Positions 13,894 through 26,524 of a stretch of DNA of 64,000 nucleotides are shown one piece after another. Where the stretch lies: assembly GCA_964016885.1 (NCBI GenBank), contig OZ024750.1:25234001-25298000 (forward strand), in the 5' to 3' direction. The position numbers were made by a program, and so were the translations under genes. Below the pieces are notes generated by a model. The model worked only from the letters and a program-made list of their open reading frames with translations, was not told the origin of the DNA and made no database searches. This DNA is from Eledone cirrhosa (lineage: Eukaryota). How positions within the stretch are numbered: the first letter of the stretch is position 1; every line of letters starts with the position of its first letter.

Positions 13894-14689
13894 TACGATA
13901 GATAGATAGTTAGTTAGATGAATGGATGGATAGATAGATAAATGGATAGATAGATAGTTGGATACATAGATATATAAATAGACTATAACATGGCACTTTT
14001 TATCAGTGATTTACAATCTTAAAACTCATTTTCATAATGAATAATCAAGGCTTTTGCACTGAGAAGGTTCCCCTCTGAGGTACAAACCAGAGCAAACTGT
14101 GGAAGACCAACTGTTTCCTCTCTCCATTCCACTGATGTCCAAGGGAAAGGCAAGGCTACTACAAATAGAACAAAACCGTCTAACCCATGCTAGCGTGGAA
14201 GATGGACGTTAAACGATGATGATGATGTGATTATACATATCATCATCATCATCGTTTAACGTCCATCTTCCACGCTAGCATGGGTTAGACGGTTTTGTTC
14301 TATTTGATGTGCAATTGGCTAGGAGACTGTGTCTCGCTCGTACAGAATTGTCTCTGGCAGGTTTTCTATGGTTGGATGCCCTTCCTAACATCAACCACAT
14401 TTACGGTGTGGACTGGGAGCCTTTTTACTGTGTCTCCTACATAACCACTTTACAGTGTGGACTGGGTTCTTTTTGTTGTCACTGACACAGTGGAGGGAAA
14501 TAGGAGGATGGGGTAGGGTGTGTGGGTGGGGTGTATATTGGGTTAAGAGGTGCCTACCGACTGTAGGTTTAAGTTTGTATGCAAGGAAAGGCGGGTCTTC
14601 TGTACAACTGCATGGCACCAAAGATCTCAATGCAGTGACATTGTCTTAGAGAGGTGTAAATGAGCAAGATCAGTTTTTATCAGCTCGTC

Positions 14690-14942
14690 CCAGGTTTTTC
14701 TTGGTCTACCCATTAATTTTCATTGCCCTGCACTTTTTATACAGCTGTCGTCCTTCATATGCATCACATGGCCATACCAATGCAATCTCCTCTCCAGAAC
14801 ACAACATTTGATACCTTTTATGCTTAGTCTCTCTCTCAATTCGTTCATGCTTTGCCGTTTGCGTACATTACTATTACACATGCATCGGAGCATGCAAGCT
14901 TCATTTCTTTCTAATCTACGCAAGTCTTCAGCACACAACACA
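14690..14942 (-). mobile_element. RTE-clade LINE ORF C-terminal fragment
   Basis: EDLRRLERNEACMLRCMC...ELRERLSIKGI...ERRLHWYGHVMHM is the typical RTE post-RT tail (RRL.WYGHV). Confidence 0.85.
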
Positions 14943-15357
14943 TACTGTATATACACTATATACGATATTGTCTAAGGGAAAGACAAGGCCATTACAGCTT
15001 GGCACCAATGACCACTATAGCCAATAACTACAGGATTTCATTGTAATATACATTACTATAGTAATAAAGTCATATGACTATAGTTAATAATCTTCTTCTT
15101 TGCCAATCAAGAGTTTTGTAATCCAGACATTCAGCAACATATAACCTTTATTTAGTCATATTCAGAACTACATATAATAGACTGTGAATCAAGCATAATT
15201 TGGTAGTGTGGCATGTAGTATTCAAGTCATGTTGCTGTCAGTTTTCTGGCAAGTTTTTAGTACAACCAGAAGCTGCACTAATAATTTTAGATGAGATAAA
15301 CGGGATAGACATACTTAACCCAATTGTCCTTGAAAGGATTTGGATTTTCTGGAACAT

Positions 15358-16250
15358 TGTGTGTGTGGGTGTGTTTTGTATGTTAGAGTGTATATGTTTC
15401 ATATGTTAGTGCATGTATGTTTTGTATGTTAGAGTGTAGGTATGTTTTATATATTAGTGTGTATATGTTTTGTATGTTAGAGTGTGTATGTTTTATATAT
15501 TAGTGTGTGTATGTTTTATATGTTAGAGTGTATATGTTTTATATGTTAGTGCATGTATGTTTTGTATGTTAGAGTGTAGGTATGTTTTATATATTAGTGT
15601 GTATATGTTTTGTATGTTAGAGTGTGTATGTTTTATATATTAGTGTGTATATGTTTTGTATGTTAGAGTGTAGGTATGTTTTATATATTTGTGTGTATAT
15701 GTTTTATATGTTAGTGTGTATATGTTTTATATGTTAGTGTATGTATGTTTTATATATTAGTGTGTATATGTTTTATATGTTAGTGTGTGTATGTTTTATA
15801 TGTTAGTGTGTGTATGTTTTATAGGTTAGTGTGTGTATGTTTTATATGTTAGTGTATGTATGTTTTATATGTTAGTGTATGTATGTTTTATATGTTAGTA
15901 TGTGTATGTTTTATATGTTAGTGTGTGTATGTGTTTTATATGTTAGTGTATATATGTTTTGCATGTTAGTGCGTATATGTGTTAGTGTATATGTTTTATA
16001 TATTAGTGTGTGTATGTGTTAGTGTATATATACATGTTTTGTACGTTAGTGTGTATATGTGTTTTGTGTGTTAGTGTGAGTATATATTAGTGTCTGTATA
16101 TGTTAGTGCATGCATGTATTTTGTGCATTCGTGTGTGTGTGTTTTGTATGTTAGTGTGTATATATGTTTTGTATGTTAGTGTGTGTATGTGTTAGTGTGT
16201 ATATGTGTGTGTATATGTTAGTATGTGTTTGTATATATATTGTATATGTC
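15358..16250. repeat. About 21-23-bp GT/AT-rich minisatellite
   Basis: Repeats of gtgtatgttttatatgttagt. Confidence 0.9.
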
Positions 16251-16481
16251 TGGAACAGTGAAGAGTTGTAATGAATTTAGGATGGTGTAACTCTAAGTGG
16301 CTGTAATGTCATAAGTATAGCATATTCAGTGTGTATGTATGTGTGTGTGTATATATATATATATATAATATATTTTATATATACATCTAAAGCATGTAAG
16401 GTGTGTTATACATACATTGAGTATCTGACATTCATGACGACCACTCATACAACCTTAACCCTTTAGCATTTAAACATAGCG

Positions 16482-16890
16482 ATGATGATGATGACGGTGA
16501 CGGTAAGAATGATGATGATGATGATGATGCTTTGATGATGGTGTAATGATGGCAATGACGTTGACTGACAATGATGGCGATGATGATGGTAATGATGATA
16601 GTGGTAACGATGATGACGGTAACAATGGTGATGCTGACGGTGATGGTGTCAATGATGCTGACGGTGATGGTGTCAATGATGCTGACGGTGATGGTGTCAA
16701 TGATGCTGACGGTGATGATGTCAATGATACTGACGGTGATGATGTCAATGGTGCTGACGGTGATGATGTCAATGGTGCTGACGGTGATGATGTCAATGAT
16801 GCTGACGGTGATGATGTCAATGGTGCTGACGGTGATTATGTCAATGATGATGGTGGTGGTGCTGCTGCTGCTGCTGATAATGATGATGAT
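16482..16890. repeat. (GAT)n-derived 24-bp minisatellite
   Basis: gatgctgacggtgatgatgtcaat repeated about 9 times within (GAT)n. Confidence 0.9.
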
Positions 16891-16999
16891 AACATGTCAG
16901 CTGTAAAGAAATACAAACCTACCCAACTAATACTGAAGTGACATTGTACACAGACCTGTTATAGTTTTCTACATTCCATTTAAAATATTTGAAAACTTC

Positions 17000-18105
17000 A
17001 TCACAACAACAACACATAACAACAACAATGACACATATGAACCACAGCAACAATGCATAATAACCATAACAACAACAAGGACAACACATAACACATGAAC
17101 CATAGCAACGACAACACATAATAACCACAACAACACATACAAAACATAACAACACATACGAACCATAACAACAACAAGGACAACACATAACACTTAATAA
17201 CCATAAGAACAACAAGGACAATACAACACATGAACCATAGCAACAACAACACATACAAAACATAACAACAACGCATACGAACCATAACAACAACACTTAA
17301 TGACCATAACAACAATACATAGTAACCACCACAACAATGCATAATAACCACATAACCACAACACATAACCAGAATAACACACAACAACCACAACAACACA
17401 TAACAACCACAACAACACATAACAACCACAACAACACATAACAACCACAACAACACATAACAACCACAACACACAGTAACCACAACACAACAACCACAAC
17501 AACACACAGTAACCACAACAACCCCACCACCACCACCACCACCACAACAACAACAACAAGAATGTCTGCATTCTTTGCAACCAAGACCCTGACCTTTCCA
17601 CATCATCTCTGCAATACTCTTTAACCTAACTCTACATCTATTAAATAGTTTTTACTGAAATATAACATCTTATTCTCTTTATTGCAGCAAACACTCACGT
17701 TTTCACAAACCTTTAAAACTCACTTAACAAACAACAAATACACATTTATATATATATATATATACTGACACATACATATATACATATATACATACAGACA
17801 CATACAAATACATATATACATACACAGACACATACAAATTCATATATACATACACAGACACATACAAATTCATATATACATACACAGACACATACAAATT
17901 CATATATACATACACAGACACATACAAATTCATATATACATACACAGACACATACAAATTCATATATACATACACAGACACATACAAATTCATATATACA
18001 TACACAGACACATACAAATTCATATATACATACACAGACACATACAAATTCATATATACATACACAGACACATACAAATTCATATATACATACACATATA
18101 CAAAT

Positions 18106-18140
<35 letters not shown>

Positions 18141-18207
18141 CACTGACACATTCACAGACACATACAAATACATATATACATACACAGACACACACACATA
18201 TACAAAT

Positions 18208-18240
<33 letters not shown>

Positions 18241-18488
18241 CACTGACACATTCACATACTTACATACATATAAACATACACAGACACATACAAATACATA
18301 TATACATACACACACATACAAATTCACACACACACACACACACACACACACCCACACCCACACCCCCCCACCCCCCCACACACACACACACATATACAAA
18401 TACACACACATATATATATATATACACACACATACATATATAAATACACACATAGACATACATATATATACATACACACACACAAACA

Positions 18489-18526
<38 letters not shown>
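17000..18526. repeat. (CAA)n cryptic repeat, then a 30-bp CA/TA minisatellite and (TA)n/(CA)n tracts
   Basis: catacaaattcatatatacatacacagaca repeated about 10 times at 17790-18095. Confidence 0.9.
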
Positions 18527-18530
<4 letters not shown>

Positions 18531-18627
18531 CTTAAAACTACAGTCAGTAGGCACCTCTTAACCCAATATACACCTCACCCCACACACTCTACTCTATCCT
18601 CCCATTTCCGTCCACTGTGTCGGTAAC

Positions 18628-19120
18628 ACAACAAAAAGCACCCAGTCCACAAAAAGCACCCCGTCCACAACAAAAAGCACCCAGTCCACGACAAAAAGCA
18701 CCCATCCATGACAAAAAGCACCCAGTCCACAAAAAGCACCCCGTCCACAACAAAAAGCACCCAGTCCACGACAAAAAGCACCCATCCATGACAAAAAGCA
18801 CCCAGTCCACAACAAAAAGCGCCCAGTCCACAACAAAAAGCACCCAGTCCACAACAAAAAGCGCCCAGTCCACAACAAAAAGCGCCCAGTCCACAACAAA
18901 AAGCACCCAGTCCACAACAAAAAGCGCCCAGTCCACAACAAAAAGCGCCCAGTCCACAACAAAAAGCGCCCAGTCCACAACAAAAAGCGCCCAGTCCACA
19001 ACAAAAAGCGCCCAGTCCACAACAAAAAGCGCCCAGTCCACAACAAAAAGCGCCCAGTCCACAACAAAAAGCACCCCGTCCACAACAAAAAGCACCCCGT
19101 CCACAACAAACAGCACCCAG
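18628..19120 (+). repeat. 21-bp minisatellite inside a family B SINE
   Basis: acaaaaagcgcccagtccaca repeated more than 20 times. The SINE body resumes at 19120-19200 (ttaggaagggcatcca). Confidence 0.92.
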
Positions 19121-19330
19121 TGGTCGTGTAGGAGACACGGTAAAAAGGTTCCCAGTCCACACTGTAAATGTGGTTGGTGTTAGGAAGGGCATCCAGAAAA
19201 CCTGCCAGGGACAGTTCTGTATGGGTGAGACACGCTTTCATCAGATAAAATATAATATAGATTAGTTTTATAAATAAATATTGACATACCCTGAAAAAAT
19301 GCAACCTTCACGGTTGGAGTCTCCTGGATA

Positions 19331-19369
<39 letters not shown>

Positions 19370-19938
19370 AAAGAATAGAGGTGTAACACACAAGTTATTA
19401 TATATTGGTAAACGGAATAGAAAATGCTGACAAATTGTTCACAGTGAAAAATAGTTTAATTAGGAATAAATGAGAATTAGTAATTGTATTGGTTAGTATT
19501 CAGTTTTGGTTTTAAGTTTTAATGGTTGCGCATTTCTAAATGCTTTTCAAAAATAATTTTGAGATAGAGCGCCCGTGATGAGATCAGAGCAAACATCACG
19601 GGCGCTCTATCTCAAAATTATTTTTGAAAAGCATTTAGAAATGCGCAACCAGTAAAACTTAAAACCAAAACTGAATACTAACCAATACAATTACTAATTC
19701 TCATTTATTCCTAATTAAACTATTTTTCACTGTGAACAATTTGTCAGCATTTTCTATTCCGTTTACCAATATATATATATATTCGTGGAGGTGCCACGGC
19801 AAAAAAGCACCCAGCACTCACTGTAAATGAGGTTGGTGTTAGGAAGGGCATCCAGCTGTAGAAATCAAGCCAGAATCAGTTCCCGTCCCACCCTTGCAAG
19901 CAGGAAAAAGTGGACGTAAAATGAAATGATGAAAAATG

Positions 19939-19970
<32 letters not shown>

Positions 19971-20802
19971 CCACTCCCTCAATCCCCACACACCCTTACC
20001 ACCAAAGCCCCCAGTCCACACCGTAAGGTGGTCATGTAGGTGTCATGACAAAAAGCACCCAGTACTCACTGTAAATGTGGTTGACGTTAGGAAAGGCATC
20101 CACCTGTAGAAACCAAGCCAGAAACAGTTCTGCGGGAGTAAGACATGGTTATCTGACCACATAACTCATCTAACCCCTTGCTAGCATGGAAAATGGACAT
20201 TAAATGAGGAGAATGATGATGATATATATAAACAGAGAGAGAGAGAGTCTGCAGATATATGTAAAATCCCTACCGCGGTGTCAACTGGTTTCGCATCTAC
20301 CCATGTATTGAGTACACTCTCTCTCTCTCTCTCTCTCTCTACACTTACACCTCTCCAAGACAATGTCACTGGACCGAGAGCTTTGGCGGTACTCAGTAAT
20401 AGAGAAGACCCGCGTTACCTAAATACAAAGTAAAACCTACTACAGTCAGTAGGCATCTCTAACAAAATACACCCCCGTCCCCCCACCCCATCCACACCGC
20501 CCCTTTCAATGTAAAGTTATGTTGGTGCCACAAAATCCAGGCCGAAACAAATGAGATCGTGTAGGTGTCACGACAAAAAAACACACAGTCCACGCTGTAA
20601 TGTGACCGTGTAGGCAACACGGTAAAAACCTCCCAGCCCCACACTGTAAATGTGGTTGGTGTTAGGAAGGGCATCCAACTGTAGAAAACCCGCCAGACAG
20701 TCCTATGCGAGCAAGACAACCACTCTTGCCTCAAGTGGGAAAACTCCCGTCCAAACCCATGCAAGCATGGAACACGGACGTTAAACGATGATGATGATGA
20801 TG

Positions 20803-20926
<124 letters not shown>

Positions 20927-21557
20927 AGGCATGTGGCTGAGTGGTTGGTTAGAGAATTGGATTCGCAATCTTGAGGTTGTGAGTTCGATTCCTGGGCCTG
21001 GCAGTGTGTTATGTCCTTGAGCAAGACACTTTATTTCACGTTGCTCCTTCTGCCTGGAGTTGCGACCGATAGATAGTACTAGCAACTGGAAAGACCAACG
21101 GAAACACTGTTTCCTCGGTCCGATTTGACGAAAGTCGATCGATCGATCCCTTATACATACACACGCACATACATACATACACACACACGCGCACGCACAC
21201 GCACACGGACACACACAAAATATATAACAGACATATAACACACATGGCAGACACAATTAACATGTAGCACACATAACAACAACATATCAAAGCTAAGACC
21301 GAACTGACTGACTACATAATTACATGTTGCCCTGTTACATATAACACACATAAGTCAGATAAACAACACATATAACAAATAACATAGAACTGACAGAACT
21401 GACTCTCTATATTTACATACTGCCCTGCTACAATAGTTGATAGAAGATAAAGAAACTAGATTTATTGGTCTCCATAAAATTCATTATTGAATATGTTAGG
21501 TATGTCTGATCTTTTAACTTCTCTGACACAAACCACCATTAACTATCAACAGTAATA

Positions 21558-22148
21558 CTCTCTCACTTTCTCTCTCTCTCTCTCTCTCTCTGTGCTCTCT
21601 CTCCCTCTCTCTCTGTGCTCTCCCTCTCTCTCTGTGCTCTCCCTCTCTCTCCCTCTCTCTCTGTGCTCTCCCTCTCTCTCTGTGCTCTCCCTCTCTCTCT
21701 GTGCTCTCCCTCTCTCTCTGTGCTCTCCCTCTCTCTCTGTGCTCTCCCTCTCTCTCTCTGTGCTCTCCCTCTCTCTCTGTGCTCTCCCTCTCTCTCTGTG
21801 CTCTCCCTCTCTCTCCGTGCTCTCCCTCTCTCTCCGTGCTCTCCCTCTCTCTCCGTGCTCTCCCTCTCTCTCTGTGCTCTCTCTCTCTCTCTGTGCTCTC
21901 TCTCTCTCTCTGTGCTCTCTCTCTCTCTCTGTGCTCTCCCTCTCTCTCTGTGCCCTCTCTCTCTCTCTGTGCCCTCTCTCTCTGCTCACTCGCTCTGCAC
22001 ACTCTCTCTCTGTGCTTTCTCTCTCTGCTCTCTTGCTCTGCTCTCTCTCTCCTCTTTCTCTGCTCGCTCTCGCTCTCTCTCTGCCTGTCTCTCTCCTTTT
22101 TCTGTGCTCTCTCTCAGCCCCCTCTCTCTCTCACCCCCTCTCTCTCTC
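21558..22148. repeat. (CT)n-derived repeat of about 20 bp (gtgctctccctctctctct)
   Basis: Direct inspection: long polypyrimidine tract on the + strand. Confidence 0.92.
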
Positions 22149-23232
22149 AACAATCATCTACAGAACCAGATACACATCACACAAAACCAGAAAGAATATT
22201 TCAGTATATGTGTTGACAGTTTAATAGCTGACCTCTTCTCCCACCCACCTACCTACCCAACCACATATTTTTTGCAATTACATGTCCTACCAAACACAAA
22301 CATCATCATCAACGTCATCACCACCACCACAACCACCATCATCATCATCATCATCACCACCACCACCCCCATGACTACTATCATCATCACCACCACCACC
22401 ACCACCCCATCACTACCATCATCATCATCACCATCCTCTCCACCACCAGCTGTATGTCAACCAGCTCACTAACTCTAACTAAATGTCACCGCCATCACCA
22501 CTACAGCCACCACCACCACCACCGCCACCACCACCGCCATCACCATCACCACCGCCATCACCAGCTGTATGTCAACCATCTCACTAACTCTAACTAAATG
22601 CCAACACCACCACCACCACCAACACCACCACCACCACCACCACCACCAACACCACCACCACCACCACCACCATCACCACCACTACCACCACCACGGCCAC
22701 TGGTAGTAATAGTAGTTGTATGTTGTAAACAAACACTAACATTGTTTATCAGTCAATCGACAAGATCCCAGACCTCATTCGCTTAACGAGCGAGGTGGAG
22801 CTCGTCAAATCGGACCGAGGAAACAATGTTTCCGTTGGTCTTTCCAATTGTTAATACTATCTACCTGTTGCAAATCCAGGCAGAAGGAGCAACGTGAAAT
22901 AAAGTGTCTTGCTCAAGGACATAACACATCACCCGGTCAAAAACTGATTTTGATATTATTTATTTTGAGAACTATGCCTTAACATAAGTATGAGCAGCCG
23001 GTTACTGCTGGTTCAAACAGAAAGAGGTGAGAGAATTCTGGCCGGATATGGCCGGTTTAAATGCTAAAGGGTTAATTATATTATTGCTCACACATGTTTG
23101 TTAATTCCTTTGTATAATGACCTCTTTAGTATGTTCTAAATATACTGTATATAAACACACACACACATATATACAGACACATATATACATACACAGACAC
23201 ACACACAGATATTTACATACATACATATATTA

Positions 23233-23282
<50 letters not shown>

Positions 23283-23538
23283 CACAGACACTGACACATA
23301 CACAAAGACAGACAGACAGACACACATACACACATATTGTTGATTGACCAATGGTCAAAGTGAAAGTATTTCAATGGTTGGCTGTAAATCATTCTATCTC
23401 ACCATTGAAATGTCCTCTACTTTAGTATCTCATATTTCATGTAATTATTGGTTTCTACATTCTACTTTCATTAAAGTATCAACTACTAAGTTGAATAACG
23501 GTACTACTAGTCTTTTAACTAGGAAAAGTTCATTTATA

Positions 23539-23583
<45 letters not shown>

Positions 23584-23644
23584 TGTGTATACACATACAT
23601 ATGTAGATATAGCCTGGGTATGCACACACACACACTCATATATG

Positions 23645-23690
<46 letters not shown>

Positions 23691-23719
23691 GTGTATTCTC
23701 ACACATACATACATACACA

Positions 23720-23792
<73 letters not shown>

Positions 23793-23844
23793 CGGGCGTA
23801 AAATGATGATATATATATATATATATATCATCATTTTACGTCCG

Positions 23845-23881
<37 letters not shown>

Positions 23882-25257
23882 CTGTGTATGCACACATACA
23901 CATACACACACATATATTAAATGGTATGTATTTACTTGCAGGTATCTATTATATCTTCATTGTCTTAATCTATTATTAAAAGCATCTGTCTGTGTCTATT
24001 TTGTTTGCTATTTAAAGTAATGTTTGTAAATCTTTCTGTGGGTGTGAGAAAATATTGGTTGTTTCCTCTTTAATATCTCTATAGCTGCAAAACAAACCAT
24101 TTATTCAATCTTTCCACAAGTAGCTGTTGAGTAGCTAACATCTGTAATAACGAAAATAGACTCATAATTGTTATAGTACCTGAATAAGAAGACTTAAATA
24201 AGTTGCATGCAAGGTTTTCCATTGAAACAGCAGTTTTAATTTAGTGCTAAATAAGTTCAAACATAGCTATATGGTTAAGACATTCTCTTCACAATCATGT
24301 GGCTTTGAATTCTATCCCACTGTGTGACATCTTAGGAGAATATCTTGTTATTTGCTATAGTGTTGGGTTGATTAAAATTCTGTGAGTGGCTCTGTTTGGC
24401 AGAAACTGTCAGAAAGCTCATTTTTACATATATCATTTAACGTCCATTTTCCATGCCAGCATGGGTTAGACGAGTTGTCTTGTTTGAGGCAATTTGGGTC
24501 AGGTGACCATGTCATCTTCATACAGAACTGTTTCTGGCTGGATGCCCTACCTAACACCAACCACATTTGCAGTGTGTGCTGGGTGCTTTTTTGTTGTGAC
24601 TCCTACGCGACCACTTATATATACCCAGCCCACACTGGATGTGTAAAAGACATGGCAAAAAGCACCCAGCACACACTGTCAATGTGGTTGGCATTAGGAA
24701 GGGCATCTATTCATAGAAAACCAGTTAAAAACACCCCTATATGAGCGAGACACGGTCACCCAACCCAACTTGCCTCTAATTGGGACTCGTTTAACCCATG
24801 CAAGCATGGAAGATAGACGTTAATTGATGATGATATAAATATCTGTGGCTGCATGTGTGTGAATATGATATGGTATAGACCAATAACTCCTGATGGAGTC
24901 TTTTGGGGTGCCATATTGACATAGTGTTTCTTAAGGCAATTTTTTTAACCTGGTGGAACTCATGACCTCTCTAGGCCTGAATACAGCAGATTTTTTTCCA
25001 GAGAAAGATGGAGAATAAGAGAAAGGGTGTGAGAAAGAGATATAGAGGAAGAATTGAACCCAGTACTAGACTGGTACTTCTTTTATCGACTTCGAAATGA
25101 TAAAAGGCAAAGTTGACCGCAGCAGGATTTGAACTTATAGAGCAGTGAGTTGGAATAGATATTGCAAAGCCTTCTATCTGATGTTTTAATGACCCCCACC
25201 CCCAAGATATATTTCTATATCTTTAGCTGCATATTTCTCTCTCTCTCTATCCACACA

Positions 25258-25380
<123 letters not shown>

Positions 25381-25436
25381 AGTTATTGGAAACATCATAT
25401 TGGCATCATTTATAAAACCTGTAATATGGTTATTAC

Positions 25437-26120
25437 ATCAACAGTAACTGCATTACCAGAACAGTAACTGCATTACCAGAACAGTAACTGCATTACCAGA
25501 ACAGTAACTGCATTACCAGAACAGTAACTGCATTACCAGAACAGTAACTGCATTACCAGAACAGTAACCACATTACCAGAACGGTAACCGCATTACCAGA
25601 ACGGTAACTGCATTACCAGAACGGTAACTGCATTGCCAGAACGGTAACCGCATTACCAGAACGGTAACTGCATTACCAGAACGGTAACTGCATTGCCAGA
25701 ACGGTAACTGCATTGCCAGAACGGTAACTGCATTGCCAGAACGGTAACTGCATTGCCAGAACGGTAACTGCATTGCCAGAACGGTAACTGCATTGCCAGA
25801 ACGGTAACTGCATTGCCAGAACGGTAACTGCATTGCCAGAACGGTAACTGCATTGCCAGAACGGTAACTGCATTGCCAGAACGGTAACTGCATTGCCAGA
25901 ACGGTAACTGCATTGCCAGAACGGTAACTGCATTGCCAGAACGGTAACTGCATTGCCAGAACGGTAACTGCATTGCCAGAACGGTAACTGCATTGCCAGA
26001 ACAGTAACTGCATTGCCAGAACAGTAACTGCATTGCTAGAACAGTAACTGCATTGCTAGAACAGTAACTGTATTGCTAGAACAGTAACTGTATTACCAGA
26101 ACAGTAACTGTATTACCAGA
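25437..26120. repeat. 20-bp minisatellite, about 34 copies
   Basis: ac(a/g)gtaactgcatt(a/g)ccaga with period 20. Confidence 0.96.
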
Positions 26121-26524
26121 TGTTTTGTGAAATTAAAATTATTTCTATGTTCTTCGTCATTAGTAAATTCCTTAATGTTAATGAGATCAAAGACCAAGTT
26201 GAGGAGGGGGAGGAGGAAGAGAAGGAGGATGTGGAGGTATGGGCGGAGGAATGATTGTATTGTTTTTATTTAAATGTGAAAGCATACATATGTCACATAT
26301 AATAATTATAGTTATAATATAAGTGTTGTGTGGGTTGTGTTATTATGATGTATTGTGTAGGATAATGGAGATATTTATTTCCAAGAGTTTTGATAATCTA
26401 AGACAGTTGAATAAGTGTTAGCCTTGTACTGAAAATAACACAAACGGTTCTTGTAAAGATTTGAATATATATATACATATATTTCTTATGATACAATGTA
26501 AATGACAATTAATACATAAGCAGA

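Noticed and set aside
19575-19600. Calling an active hammerhead ribozyme at the 19.6 kb hairpin apex
   Set aside because: It lacks the C of CUGAUGA, the G of GAAA and a stem III, so it is reported only as a loose resemblance.
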